In this document: one piece after another, positions 17,193 to 26,136 of the stretch | Position numbering within the stretch: the stretch's first letter is position 1 | How the letters are laid out: every line of letters begins with the position of its first letter | From: a virus | Taxonomy: Duplodnaviria > Caudoviricetes | Reading direction: 5' to 3' (one strand) | DNA length: 38,462 nucleotides | IMG/VR virus record: IMGVR_UViG_3300020045_002418 | Coordinates: 1 to 38,462 of that record | Position numbers and translations under genes: made by a program | The notes under the pieces: generated by a model | What the model saw: the letters and a program-made list of their open reading frames with translations, nothing else | Told to the model about the DNA's origin: nothing | Database searches by the model: none

Positions 17193-18850
17193 CATTCTGT
17201 TTTACTCCAAACTCTATCAATCACGTTAAAAAATTTACCGTTCTTTTTGTGGCTTATCATGCTTGGTGGCTTTCCATTGGCAAGGTCAAAGGCGCATTGA
17301 TCTAGATCTTCGCTGACCGTTACGCCTGCCCGTTTAGCCATGTCTGCAACCGTTTGCCTTGCTTTTATCCCCGCGTAGTTGGTATGGTTGACTGCGTGAT
17401 ATTCCACAATCGCCGGGTTTGACAGTCCGCCATAATAACGGACTTGCAGCATATCTAGGCCACTGGTGCGGCTTGTGTGCTTTTTCCACGCCCAGCTTGT
17501 CACCTGCATTTCAGTGGGTTCGATGCCAAGAATATCATCGTTTCTGAGATAGACTGATTTTTCTTTAATTTCAGGCGGTGGAAATTCATGGCCGCAAGCT
17601 TCGCAGGTGCGAGACTGTACGGCGCATATTTCCTCGCAGTGCGGACATACCTTGGTTGGTGCAGTGCCTTCGCCTTTGCGTGCTTTTGTAGGCGGCACGA
17701 TGGCTGTAACAGGCCCGTGCTTCGCCACATTTCCAGCGAAGTCTAATACCTTACAGCCATTGGGTTTAGCGCCGTTTTCCATAGCTAAAAAACGATCTTC
17801 CAAAACATCAAGGTCATATCCTTTGGCATAGACTGGACGCATACCCCTAACCGCACATTGCAAGAATTTACCCGGTGATTCTGTTGGGTTGAGAAACACA
17901 ATCAAGTCAATCAATGGGTTATCGTAACCAGTGGTTAACTTTCCAACAGAAACAATGCAAGTCAACTCGCCACGTTTGTGAGCTTCGATTCTCTTATCAC
18001 ATTCACTATCAAGAATTCGCCCGTGAACTGAAGCGGCCTTGATTCCGCGTTCAACTAACAATTCAGTGATATGGTCACAATGGCTGATACCGGTGCAAAA
18101 CACCATCCAACTTTTACAGTCTTCAGCTCGTTGGATTGTTTCGTTTACGGCTCTAATGTTATTGTCGTGTGTGTCTATTGCACGCTCAAGCGCACCGGCT
18201 ACAAACTCATTGCCACGATGTGCCACGCCTTCGGTGCTTAATGTGAGTGCCGTGTGCTTGCTTCTTAATGGTGCAAGATACGCATCATTTAACAAGTCTT
18301 CAATGTTGACTGGTTCGATGATGTCTTTAAATATCGCTTTGTCACCATCGGTTATCATCCCTTGTCCAAGCCGATATGGTGATGCTGACAATCCAACAAA
18401 ACGAACTGATGGATTAATTTCCATTAGTTCGGCCATGAATTGACGGTACTGTCCTTCCTCTTCGTTGGATATGGCGTGAGCTTCGTCAATTAGGCATATG
18501 TCAATATGACCCAATTGCTTTGCACGCTTTGCCACTGAGCCAATACCGGCATACGTTATAGGCTCGGTCAGGCACCGTCTATTCAACCCAGCCGAATAAA
18601 TGCCCATTGGTGCATTAGGCCAAATTACACGTAGTTTTTCAGCATTCTGAGCGATCAGAGTTTTACTATGGACAAGCATCAATACCCTCGTACCCGGCCA
18701 ATTTTGCAAAGCATCTTTGACAATGGCCGCGATAATCACACTCTTACCGCTACCGCCTGGAAGGCACAAACAGGGGTTTCCGGTTTCATTGTTTTCAAAC
18801 CATTCGTAAAGTGCTGTTACGCTGTTTGTTTGATAATCACGCAGCTTCAC
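17192..18850 (-). CDS. SF2 DEAH helicase (RadD/YejH-like) with C-terminal zinc finger
   Basis: 'LRDYQ', 'PGGSGKS', 'IDEAH', 'LSASPYR', 'LTTGYD', 'CPHC...CEAC'. Confidence 0.9.
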   Translation of the reverse strand: MKLRDYQTNSVTALYEWFENNETGNPCLCLPGGSGKSVIIAAIVKDALQNWPGTRVLMLVHSKTLIAQNAEKLRVIWPNAPMGIYSAGLNRRCLTEPITYAGIGSVAKRAKQLGHIDICLIDEAHAISNEEEGQYRQFMAELMEINPSVRFVGLSASPYRLGQGMITDGDKAIFKDIIEPVNIEDLLNDAYLAPLRSKHTALTLSTEGVAHRGNEFVAGALERAIDTHDNNIRAVNETIQRAEDCKSWMVFCTGISHCDHITELLVERGIKAASVHGRILDSECDKRIEAHKRGELTCIVSVGKLTTGYDNPLIDLIVFLNPTESPGKFLQCAVRGMRPVYAKGYDLDVLEDRFLAMENGAKPNGCKVLDFAGNVAKHGPVTAIVPPTKARKGEGTAPTKVCPHCEEICAVQSRTCEACGHEFPPPEIKEKSVYLRNDDILGIEPTEMQVTSWAWKKHTSRTSGLDMLQVRYYGGLSNPAIVEYHAVNHTNYAGIKARQTVADMAKRAGVTVSEDLDQCAFDLANGKPPSMISHKKNGKFFNVIDRVWSKTE

Positions 18851-19839
18851 CCCACTACCCTCGCATCAAACTCACTAAACTTCTCACGCACGCCACTCGC
18901 GCACGCTTTCCAATTAGCGACAATCTCACGGCTTAAATAGCCTTCTGGCGCATTGTTTATAGGTCCTTCTTTGGTCAACCAGATCACGCCAGCATCAGAG
19001 CCTTGCATATCCCAGTTCGGCGTCATGTCAGGGTGCAAAATATGGTTATCGCAACCTGCAAGTTGTGCATTAAGGTCTGGAATTGTCATTTCCCAATAAG
19101 AGCATTCCCATGTTCCATCTTTCATAGCTGTGCTAAAACAACACGTTCTACAGTTCACTTCTTTTGTGAGCTTAGATCCGTGGCATAGGTCGTGAGCACT
19201 GCAATAGCGACACTCGAACCACGACGAATCCGTGCTAATTCCAGCGGGTGCCCGGTCAGCTTTAACGATACGATGCCCGCGTTTAATGGCCTTTTCAGCC
19301 ACGTCAGCGTTAAATGGCACTTGCTCTATGTATAGCTCATCCGAGTCCTTGCATACCATTACAAACAGGGCATGATTGATCTGTTTTCCACTCATATAAA
19401 GTTGGCATTGCACAAAATAGGTGAAGTTGGCTTTCTGCAACCCGTCTTTTTGCATGGCCTTAAACTTCTTTAGGCTTGCCGTCTTAATCTCTAGAATGTG
19501 TTTTTCTTTCGAGTTACCCGGCACGCCTGACTCAATAATGCCATCAATAGAACCTGATACATGGCATCCAAAGTCAACCCGGCTTTGATTGGTGCCAGTG
19601 CTGACAATTTTCATTCCAATGTTTTGCAAGTCTGAAACTACCGTCCGCTCCTCCAACTGGCCACGGCGAAACAAGCGCAGGATTCGACCGGGAAACTTTT
19701 CAATCACGGCAAAGCGAAATGAATACCAAAGGTAACGATCACACGCATGGCCAAGTTGTGAGCATCCCATATGGCCGCGTGGGCCTTCTTGGTTTGATTC
19801 GTGGTGAGCGTCGATAAGCTCTTGAATGTCTTGTGACAT
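18847..19839 (-). CDS. Cas4-like PD-(D/E)XK exonuclease
   Basis: 'LGHACDRYLWY', 'GSIDG', 'LEIKT', 'QCQLYM', 'CRYC...C'. Start probably ATG 19839 after RBS aagga. Confidence 0.85.
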   Translation of the reverse strand: MSQDIQELIDAHHESNQEGPRGHMGCSQLGHACDRYLWYSFRFAVIEKFPGRILRLFRRGQLEERTVVSDLQNIGMKIVSTGTNQSRVDFGCHVSGSIDGIIESGVPGNSKEKHILEIKTASLKKFKAMQKDGLQKANFTYFVQCQLYMSGKQINHALFVMVCKDSDELYIEQVPFNADVAEKAIKRGHRIVKADRAPAGISTDSSWFECRYCSAHDLCHGSKLTKEVNCRTCCFSTAMKDGTWECSYWEMTIPDLNAQLAGCDNHILHPDMTPNWDMQGSDAGVIWLTKEGPINNAPEGYLSREIVANWKACASGVREKFSEFDARVVG

Positions 19840-19891
19840 TGTTTGTCCTTTTTGTTGATAGAAAACCCGCTGATTAGGCGGGTTATACATC

Positions 19892-20938
19892 TTAATCCAT
19901 TAAGTCAGGTTCTGACGCAAACATTGATTCCTGTTTGAAATTGTTTTCACCTTCAAACCGCTTGGAGGCCAGTGATAGATTGATCTTTGCCTGTTTGAAG
20001 TAGCTGTCTTTTAGCTCGATTCCGATGGCTTTACGGCCCATTGAAACAGGGCTGTAAACCTCAGAGCCTACGCCCATAAACGGCGTAAGAACGACTTCAC
20101 CCGCATTGCTATACAAGTCAACCAAGCGGTCAATAACGTCCAATTGAAGCGGGTGTACGTGCTTTTCGTCGTCCTCTTCTTTGGAGTCACGAAACGGCAA
20201 CACGTTGTCAACGCGAATGTCATCCCATACGCTTGACGCATAACGCTGCCAAATGTAGTGTGATAGTTTGTTGCTCTTCGGGTCTTTGTGGTCGTGAAAT
20301 GTATTGTTCAAATACTCCCACAATTCATCCTCGTTAAACTTTGACTCGTTGGCATTGTTGAATGCACGCAAAATGTTAGGCAGGATTGGAGTCTCTCCAG
20401 CATAGCGCTTCAAACCGCTTGGATGCGTAACTGGCACTGCGTTGTCGCCTTTCTTGGTAAACACCAAAACATAATCAGGCATGGCCGTGAAACACTGTGT
20501 AGAGTCTTCGACAATCAGTTTATGCATAAGGCTTTTAACCATCGTCCGCATACGCACTTTCAATGGCTCTTTCCATATCGTGATTCGGTTACGGTACTGG
20601 AAACCGTATTTTTCATGCAATCGAATAATCTCGTGTGGGAAGTCCCAAAGGCGGCATGAGTTGTCGAAAACGTCAGTACAGTGGACTGCATTTACCCGGC
20701 CCGGCTTTGTCACTCGCGCCATTTCGGCGATAAGGAACTCATACTGCTCTAAAAATTGCTCTTTGTTTTCGCAGTTGCTGAAATCGCGCTCACTAGAACT
20801 GTAATTGTAAAGTCCTGCAAATGGCGGGGAATAAATAATCAAGTCAATCGACTCATTAGGAATTGTTGGCAACACTTCCATGCAATCGCTGTTATAGATA
20901 GCGTACTCTGGCATGATGATCTGGTCTTTTGTTTTCAT
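19892..20938 (-). CDS. Amino-DNA methyltransferase (N4-C/N6-A, beta class)
   Basis: Catalytic motif IV 'YSPPF' precedes SAM-binding motif I 'LTPFMGVGS'; 'GIELKDSYF'. Confidence 0.88.
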   Translation of the reverse strand: MKTKDQIIMPEYAIYNSDCMEVLPTIPNESIDLIIYSPPFAGLYNYSSSERDFSNCENKEQFLEQYEFLIAEMARVTKPGRVNAVHCTDVFDNSCRLWDFPHEIIRLHEKYGFQYRNRITIWKEPLKVRMRTMVKSLMHKLIVEDSTQCFTAMPDYVLVFTKKGDNAVPVTHPSGLKRYAGETPILPNILRAFNNANESKFNEDELWEYLNNTFHDHKDPKSNKLSHYIWQRYASSVWDDIRVDNVLPFRDSKEEDDEKHVHPLQLDVIDRLVDLYSNAGEVVLTPFMGVGSEVYSPVSMGRKAIGIELKDSYFKQAKINLSLASKRFEGENNFKQESMFASEPDLMD

Positions 20939-22305
20939 GATAAAAATCCCGGTAGTTGAATGGATTGGTTGAACTCTTTTTTAGTGAAACTAAAATCGCG
21001 GTTTGCAGCTTCGACAAGGTTGGAATAAAGCTCAATGGCCTTTTGTGTCTTTTGCTCCAAAGCCTCTAAAACACGCTCTTGGCCTTCGCTAATAACCATG
21101 TCACATACTACCTCGCTTTTCTGGCCAAATCGCCAAAAACGGCGTATTGATTGGTAATATTGTTCATAGCTCCATGTTGGGAAAAACACGGTGTGATTGC
21201 AGTGCTGCCAGTTCAAGCCCATTGAAGTCATGCGGGCCTTTGTAATTAGGCGCTTAATGTCACCACTGGCGAATGATTGCAGAATGTCCTCTTTTTTGTC
21301 GATTGACATACCGCCGATAATCTCAACGGCGTCACGGTCAAGCTCTGACAATAACGCGCTTTCGTCATTCAGGTTGCACCAATAAACGGACGTTTTACCG
21401 TCTGCCAATTGCACAGCTTTCTCACATCGTTCTTTGACTGTAAGTTTCTGTTCCTCGCGCACTTCCGTCATGGATTTTGCTGGCATGGCAAACAATGAAG
21501 CCTGATCGTCTATGCACCATGTTTCACTGTTATGCACCATGTGCTTATTCAGGTGCAATGCTGGCAACTCATAATTTGAGTCGCTAAACCCTAGGTCTGA
21601 TGGATTCTTTACCATAATAGACCACTGGTTTACCCATGCGAAAAAGTCACGTTCAGCGTGAGGCTTTAGGTAGAACTTTTCGCCAATGTTGCGATTGTTG
21701 CTGTCCGCACTGTTCTGGTTCGACTTAAAGAACTTTGTCAGCATATCCATGTAACCCATGTACCCCAACGCCTCGGAGCTATTGCCAAGCTCAATAAAAT
21801 CATTCGGGCTAGGTGTGGCTGTACTGAGAAAACGATACGGCACGCGCTTGATAAACGCCACGATAGCGTCACGGGTTTTGCCAGCGAAGTTCTTTAAAAT
21901 CCCTGATTCGTCAAGAATTACGCAAACGAAATCGTCAGGATTAAGCAAGTGCAAACGCTCATAGTTGCAAACGACAATGTTTTTTGTGAACTTACCGTCT
22001 TTGCTGTGCTCAATGTCATCTACTCCAATGCGTTCAGCTTCTTTGATAAACTGGAAAGCAACGGCCAAAGGCGTGAGAATCAAAACGCGCTTATTAGTCT
22101 TGCGGATGATGTTTTCAGCAAGCGTAATGCTGATTAATGTCTTACCCAATCCAGTGTCAGCAAACACCCCGATACGGCCCTTTCGTAGTGCCTTCGTGAT
22201 AATGTGTTGCTGAAAATCAAACGCTGATTCAGGCATCCAAATTGGCTCGAATCCGAAGTTGCCCGTAGTGTGTGTTTTGTTTTTTATGAAGTCGGCATAA
22301 CTCAT
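20935..22305 (-). CDS. SNF2-like SF2 helicase/ATPase
   Basis: 'DTGLGKT', 'NYERL', 'LDES', 'TATPSPND', 'GLNWQHC', 'YEQYYQSIRRFWRFGQ'. ATGA-coupled to the methyltransferase. Confidence 0.88.
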   Translation of the reverse strand: MSYADFIKNKTHTTGNFGFEPIWMPESAFDFQQHIITKALRKGRIGVFADTGLGKTLISITLAENIIRKTNKRVLILTPLAVAFQFIKEAERIGVDDIEHSKDGKFTKNIVVCNYERLHLLNPDDFVCVILDESGILKNFAGKTRDAIVAFIKRVPYRFLSTATPSPNDFIELGNSSEALGYMGYMDMLTKFFKSNQNSADSNNRNIGEKFYLKPHAERDFFAWVNQWSIMVKNPSDLGFSDSNYELPALHLNKHMVHNSETWCIDDQASLFAMPAKSMTEVREEQKLTVKERCEKAVQLADGKTSVYWCNLNDESALLSELDRDAVEIIGGMSIDKKEDILQSFASGDIKRLITKARMTSMGLNWQHCNHTVFFPTWSYEQYYQSIRRFWRFGQKSEVVCDMVISEGQERVLEALEQKTQKAIELYSNLVEAANRDFSFTKKEFNQSIQLPGFLS

Positions 22306-22326
22306 AACAATCCTTTTTTTTTGTTG

Positions 22327-22349
22327 AAAAAACCCACCTAAGCGGGTTT
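22327..22349 (-). terminator. Intrinsic terminator after ssb, overlapping the next promoter
   Basis: Minus strand AAACCCGC-TTAG-GTGGGTTTTTT. Confidence 0.65.
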
Positions 22350-22367
22350 CTTATTGTAGCTCAAAAA

Positions 22368-22886
22368 TCAGCGTTTTGCCCAAGGTGGCGACTTAGCCGC
22401 TGGTGCTGGCGTTGCCTGTCGTTGTGGTGCTGGCGCTGATTGACGTGGTGCAGGGGCTTGCGTAGGTGATCCGCCTGTCAGTGGCTTGTAAGCCTGCACA
22501 TTGTTGCCCGCCTTGTACTCGCCTTGTGCTTCTTTAATCGCTAACTTAACGCAAAGACTACCACCTAAAAGCTGGTCGGTATCTTCAAATGTAGCCGCCT
22601 GAATTCCGAGAATTCGCAGAATGTCACCCAAATGGCCGCGTCCAATAGCTTCAGCTTTTTGGCTTGGGTTTTGAATGTTGAGCATAGAAAATACAATGCG
22701 TCCCATATGAGTCGGTCCGTCAACAATCATTTTCAGATTGATATATGTGCCGTCGCCTGCCTTGGTTTGCTTAAGGTCAGCGCCGTCGATTGTTACGCTG
22801 TATTCACCGGCTGGAAGTGGTGAAAAGTCACCGTCGCCAGTTGATGCCAAGTCTTCGTCCGTAAAACTCATTCCGATATGTGCCAT
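22368..22886 (-). CDS. Single-stranded DNA-binding protein (DUF669-type)
   Basis: 'FSPLPAGEY', 'TKAGDGTY', 'DTDQL', Pro/Ala tail ending PPWAKR; next to Sak4. Confidence 0.8.
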   Translation of the reverse strand: MAHIGMSFTDEDLASTGDGDFSPLPAGEYSVTIDGADLKQTKAGDGTYINLKMIVDGPTHMGRIVFSMLNIQNPSQKAEAIGRGHLGDILRILGIQAATFEDTDQLLGGSLCVKLAIKEAQGEYKAGNNVQAYKPLTGGSPTQAPAPRQSAPAPQRQATPAPAAKSPPWAKR

Positions 22887-22891
22887 TTTAT

Positions 22892-23281
22892 TTATTCCTT
22901 GTTAACAGTAGTGATTGAAAATGATGGCCGCGAAGCCGTTGTGGTGATTGCTTTTGAGAGCTTGTTTCGCGCATTTTCAGATGCGTTTTTCCATGATGTA
23001 AGGTTGATTTCAGGTTTCCAGCGAAACAATGTGCCAAGTTGGTCTTGTAACCCTTCTTCGCTTGCAATTTCCTGAACCAGATCAGCGTCAACCTTGCGAT
23101 TAAGCCGGGTTGTAACCTTGACCGTGAAGTCAGATAGTTTAGTCGTTTGAACGGCGTCTAAACGGTCGTCAACCTTTAGGGCTTCGCTTAGTTGGTCTTC
23201 GATAGATCGGCGTCGCTCTTGCGCTTCGTGTTCTTCAGACTTGGCTTTTAGCCATAGTTTTGAGAGTTCTGAGGTGTTCAT
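22892..23281 (-). CDS. Hypothetical protein of the Sak4 module
   Basis: 'WLKAKSEE...RRSIED...LFRWKPEIN...AITTTASRPSF', between Sak4 and SSB. Confidence 0.7.
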   Translation of the reverse strand: MNTSELSKLWLKAKSEEHEAQERRRSIEDQLSEALKVDDRLDAVQTTKLSDFTVKVTTRLNRKVDADLVQEIASEEGLQDQLGTLFRWKPEINLTSWKNASENARNKLSKAITTTASRPSFSITTVNKE

Positions 23282-24018
23282 AATACGGCTTTCACCATTG
23301 CATCATTAAACGCGCCCCAATTCAGCGAAAAACTATCAGGCAAGCTGTATCGGTTCTTTGCCAAGTAAGCGGGCTTCTCTTGCGTGAAGATCATGCGTTC
23401 ACCGTTGCTAATAGCACGTCCGCGTTCTTTGTTGAAGCCTAAGTCTTCTTTTTTCACCACTGTTTTATAGTTGGCGAAAAATACACAATCAGCCCATTCC
23501 TGAATAATGGCGCTTGATCGTGTCTGAAGCTTTGGTTGATATCGGTCATAACTGTCTACCTCTGGACTGTCAAAACGCTTAATCTCACTATGCCCAATGA
23601 GAATGACGTTCATTCCTTTATCGTTTCGCAGTGCGTTAAACCCATCGAGAATGTCGCGCCACTTGTTCGCCAGATACATTGCCGCCCGTCCATAGGCAAG
23701 CTCTTTAGCGTCGTGCTCGGCTTCAATCTCGCTGTTAAGCAAGTTCTCAAGCCAGTCCACGGTATCGAGTGCCACGGTCTGGTATTCGTGCTCCTCTGTG
23801 TAAAGCGTCTGAATCATTTCCATCACGTCAGCGCTACTGGTAGCAATAGGGAAGTGCGCCACGTCCAAGGCATCTAGGCCGTCTTCAGCACAAATGAAGA
23901 TCGGGTTTGGTGCTTGGCTTGCAAATGTACTTTTACCAATTCCATGCGTGCTGTAAAGGAAAATGCGAGGGGGGCGAAGGTTTTTACCCTTCTTGATAGA
24001 GCTTAAGTCAATAGCCAT
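23278..24018 (-). CDS. Sak4-like AAA (AAA_24) recombinase
   Basis: 'YSTHGIGKSTFA', 'LDTVDWLE', 'LIGHS', 'YDRYQPKL', 'AKNRY'. Confidence 0.88.
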   Translation of the reverse strand: MAIDLSSIKKGKNLRPPRIFLYSTHGIGKSTFASQAPNPIFICAEDGLDALDVAHFPIATSSADVMEMIQTLYTEEHEYQTVALDTVDWLENLLNSEIEAEHDAKELAYGRAAMYLANKWRDILDGFNALRNDKGMNVILIGHSEIKRFDSPEVDSYDRYQPKLQTRSSAIIQEWADCVFFANYKTVVKKEDLGFNKERGRAISNGERMIFTQEKPAYLAKNRYSLPDSFSLNWGAFNDAMVKAVL

Positions 24019-24042
24019 GATGGTTCCTTTGTCGTTATTTTC

Positions 24043-24249
24043 TTAATTTCCAAATCGAACCATCGTGTCTGATGGTTTTAGCATAACAGCCGCAGCTTGT
24101 AGTGCTTTTGCATTTTCAAGAACAGCGTTAGCAATAAGCATTACGCATTCAACTGTTCCTTCTGCTGGCGTGCTTGTGAAATTGCAATTGCTTACAACAA
24201 AGCTTTGCTTCTCACTAGAAGATTGTGAGGTCTGTTTTTTGGTAGCCAT
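24043..24249 (-). CDS. Hypothetical protein
   Basis: 68 aa with RBS agga; first gene after the promoter at 24308-24318. Confidence 0.6.
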   Translation of the reverse strand: MATKKQTSQSSSEKQSFVVSNCNFTSTPAEGTVECVMLIANAVLENAKALQAAAVMLKPSDTMVRFGN

Positions 24250-24322
24250 GATGGTTCCTATCTGTTGAATTAGCCACCGTCTGACGGTCAGTTCGTGGCG
24301 TGGTCTAAGTGTAGCGCAATTA

Positions 24323-24577
24323 CTAGGTGTTTTTCCAAACGCTTGTAATATTTTTTGCAGAATTTGCGATTGTCATCACTTTTTCTTTTTGTGCTTCGCG
24401 TTTCATTCGCTCTGACTTGTAATCCCGCTTTGGCTTTGGCATTTCGCCATCGAAAATAGTCTCAATGGTGACGTATCGTTGGTAACAGCAGTTGCACAGC
24501 CTTACTCGGTATATCGTTGTTGGACTGTCGCGCCTTGTCTCTAAGACGCATGACTGGGCGTTGTGGTTGCAGGTCAT
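24323..24577 (-). CDS. NrdR-like zinc-ribbon protein (no ATP cone)
   Basis: 'SCVLETR...IYRVRLCNCCYQRYVTIE' resembles the NrdR N-terminus (VIDSR...RRRECxxCxxRFTTxE). Confidence 0.7.
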   Translation of the reverse strand: MTCNHNAQSCVLETRRDSPTTIYRVRLCNCCYQRYVTIETIFDGEMPKPKRDYKSERMKREAQKEKVMTIANSAKNITSVWKNT

Positions 24578-25221
24578 GGAATAACCGGGAAAAATGCGTT
24601 AATCGTCACTGGTGCTACTTCGCGAAGTTCCTCTAAAACTTGCTGTGCAATAGCTCGGTGTTCCTTCTGGGTTGACGGGTCTAGGCGTGACTGAAGGTAG
24701 TGAATCCAACTACGTAGCGTGCCACTCATATACATTCGGCTAGTTGTCAATCCTTCAGGTAGTATGGCGCGGGCCTGTTCTTTGGCTACACCATTTTTAA
24801 GAGCCCAATCGTATGCGTCTTGAGCCTCTAGCATGATCTTGTTTTGTAGGTGAGCCCATGAATTTGACAGCCATTGATTATCCTCGCCAGCCTCAATAGA
24901 GTTCTGCCGGTTAACCATGTCTTGTAATCGGCATTCGCGCAATGGTGCGTCTGGTAGGTCGTTTGTGTTGGCGTAGCGTTGGCTAAACTCTTGAAAGCTA
25001 AAGCTACGATGGCGCAAAATCTGACGGCCAATGTCTCGCGTCGTTGTGATCTCAATGCACGCGCTCGCCATTTCAAACGGGCTTACATGATTGTGTTTCA
25101 TCATGTATTTGAGCAAACCAGTGATTGATTCATTATCTTGATTAGCTGGGTTAGATACCCGCGCAATGTAGGCGATAAGCTTGTCAGCTTCTGGCGTTGC
25201 CCAGATTAGTTTTGTGTTCAT
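24574..25221 (-). CDS. thyX: Flavin-dependent thymidylate synthase
   Basis: Signature 'RHRSFSFQEFSQRY', plus 'HVSPFE', 'EQARAILP' and 'TQKEHR'. Confidence 0.95.
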   Translation of the reverse strand: MNTKLIWATPEADKLIAYIARVSNPANQDNESITGLLKYMMKHNHVSPFEMASACIEITTTRDIGRQILRHRSFSFQEFSQRYANTNDLPDAPLRECRLQDMVNRQNSIEAGEDNQWLSNSWAHLQNKIMLEAQDAYDWALKNGVAKEQARAILPEGLTTSRMYMSGTLRSWIHYLQSRLDPSTQKEHRAIAQQVLEELREVAPVTINAFFPVIP

Positions 25222-25472
25222 TTCATTCTCACTTTAAATTCATCAAACGATTCTTTTTTTGTTTGATCAGATGAAACCCAGTCATATTCTGAAAGCATCC
25301 ACCTATGTAATTTTGCCGCATCTTCAAGCGCCTGTTTACGGGATGCTTGCCAGCCACGCCATAGGTAGTTAAGTTCTTGCGAACCGTAACCGGTAACTTC
25401 TTTTCGCTGTAAGTCATCATTGTTGCAAATAGTTTTTAATGCCCATTCTTCAAAAGCTTCTCTATCTGTCAT
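25218..25472 (-). CDS. Hypothetical phage protein
   Basis: Start probably ATG 25472; 'REAFEEWA...WRGWQAS' is a common small phage protein pattern. Confidence 0.65.
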   Translation of the reverse strand: MTDREAFEEWALKTICNNDDLQRKEVTGYGSQELNYLWRGWQASRKQALEDAAKLHRWMLSEYDWVSSDQTKKESFDEFKVRMK

Positions 25473-25705
25473 GTTGTTTCTCCAAATCTTTTGTGATGCC
25501 AAATGTTAAATGCCTTCCAAAACGGCTTCCACGAACTTGAATTATCTGGTTGTCTTTCTGATACGTGGTGTTTGTTTGGAGTCAAAATCAAAGGTCCAAA
25601 TCTTCCAAATTCAAAATGCCAAGTCTTTCCGGTATGGTCCATGACTGTGTATTCTCCTTCTGAGCTTGAGCATAAGATTGCACCGTCAATTTTTGTGCAG
25701 GTCAT
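25469..25705 (-). CDS. Hypothetical protein
   Basis: 78 aa, ATGA overlaps on both sides. Confidence 0.65.
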   Translation of the reverse strand: MTCTKIDGAILCSSSEGEYTVMDHTGKTWHFEFGRFGPLILTPNKHHVSERQPDNSSSWKPFWKAFNIWHHKRFGETT

Positions 25706-26136
25706 GTTGATTCTCCAATAATCTCAAATTCAATCCCGCATTCATCAAACAGGCGCTTAGATCGTTCTGAGCTATCAGCCCACCTAGCCATAAATTCAGC
25801 TTCAGCATTAGACGCTATAACTCGCACAATCCCCGCCTGAACGATAGCCCTGGCACAGTCAATGCATGGCGGGTGGGTAACTACCAAGGTCGTTCCATTA
25901 GTTGCAAACCCAGCCCGTGCCGCTGCGTAAATAGCGTTTCGTTCTGCGTGCTCAAACCAAAAATACTTCTCTGGACGCTCTTTACGTTCGTCTTCGTCGG
26001 CGTTGCATTTTCGTGGTGCGCCGTTATATCCCCACGGGCCACCTTCGCCATTTTTACCAATAATCACGGCGCCTACTTTTGTTGTGTCTTTGCTTAGTTG
26101 TGCAATGGCTTTGGCTATTTTTAGGTATTTGCTCAT
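25702..26136 (-). CDS. dCMP deaminase
   Basis: 'KVGAVI', 'GYNG', 'HAERNAI', 'PCIDCARAIVQAGI'. Start probably ATG 26136. Confidence 0.92.
   Translation of the reverse strand: MSKYLKIAKAIAQLSKDTTKVGAVIIGKNGEGGPWGYNGAPRKCNADEDERKERPEKYFWFEHAERNAIYAAARAGFATNGTTLVVTHPPCIDCARAIVQAGIVRVIASNAEAEFMARWADSSERSKRLFDECGIEFEIIGEST

Noticed and set aside
18847-19890. CRISPR-Cas system suggested by the Cas4-like gene
   Set aside because: No cas1/cas2 and no repeat-spacer array; the context is a recombination module.
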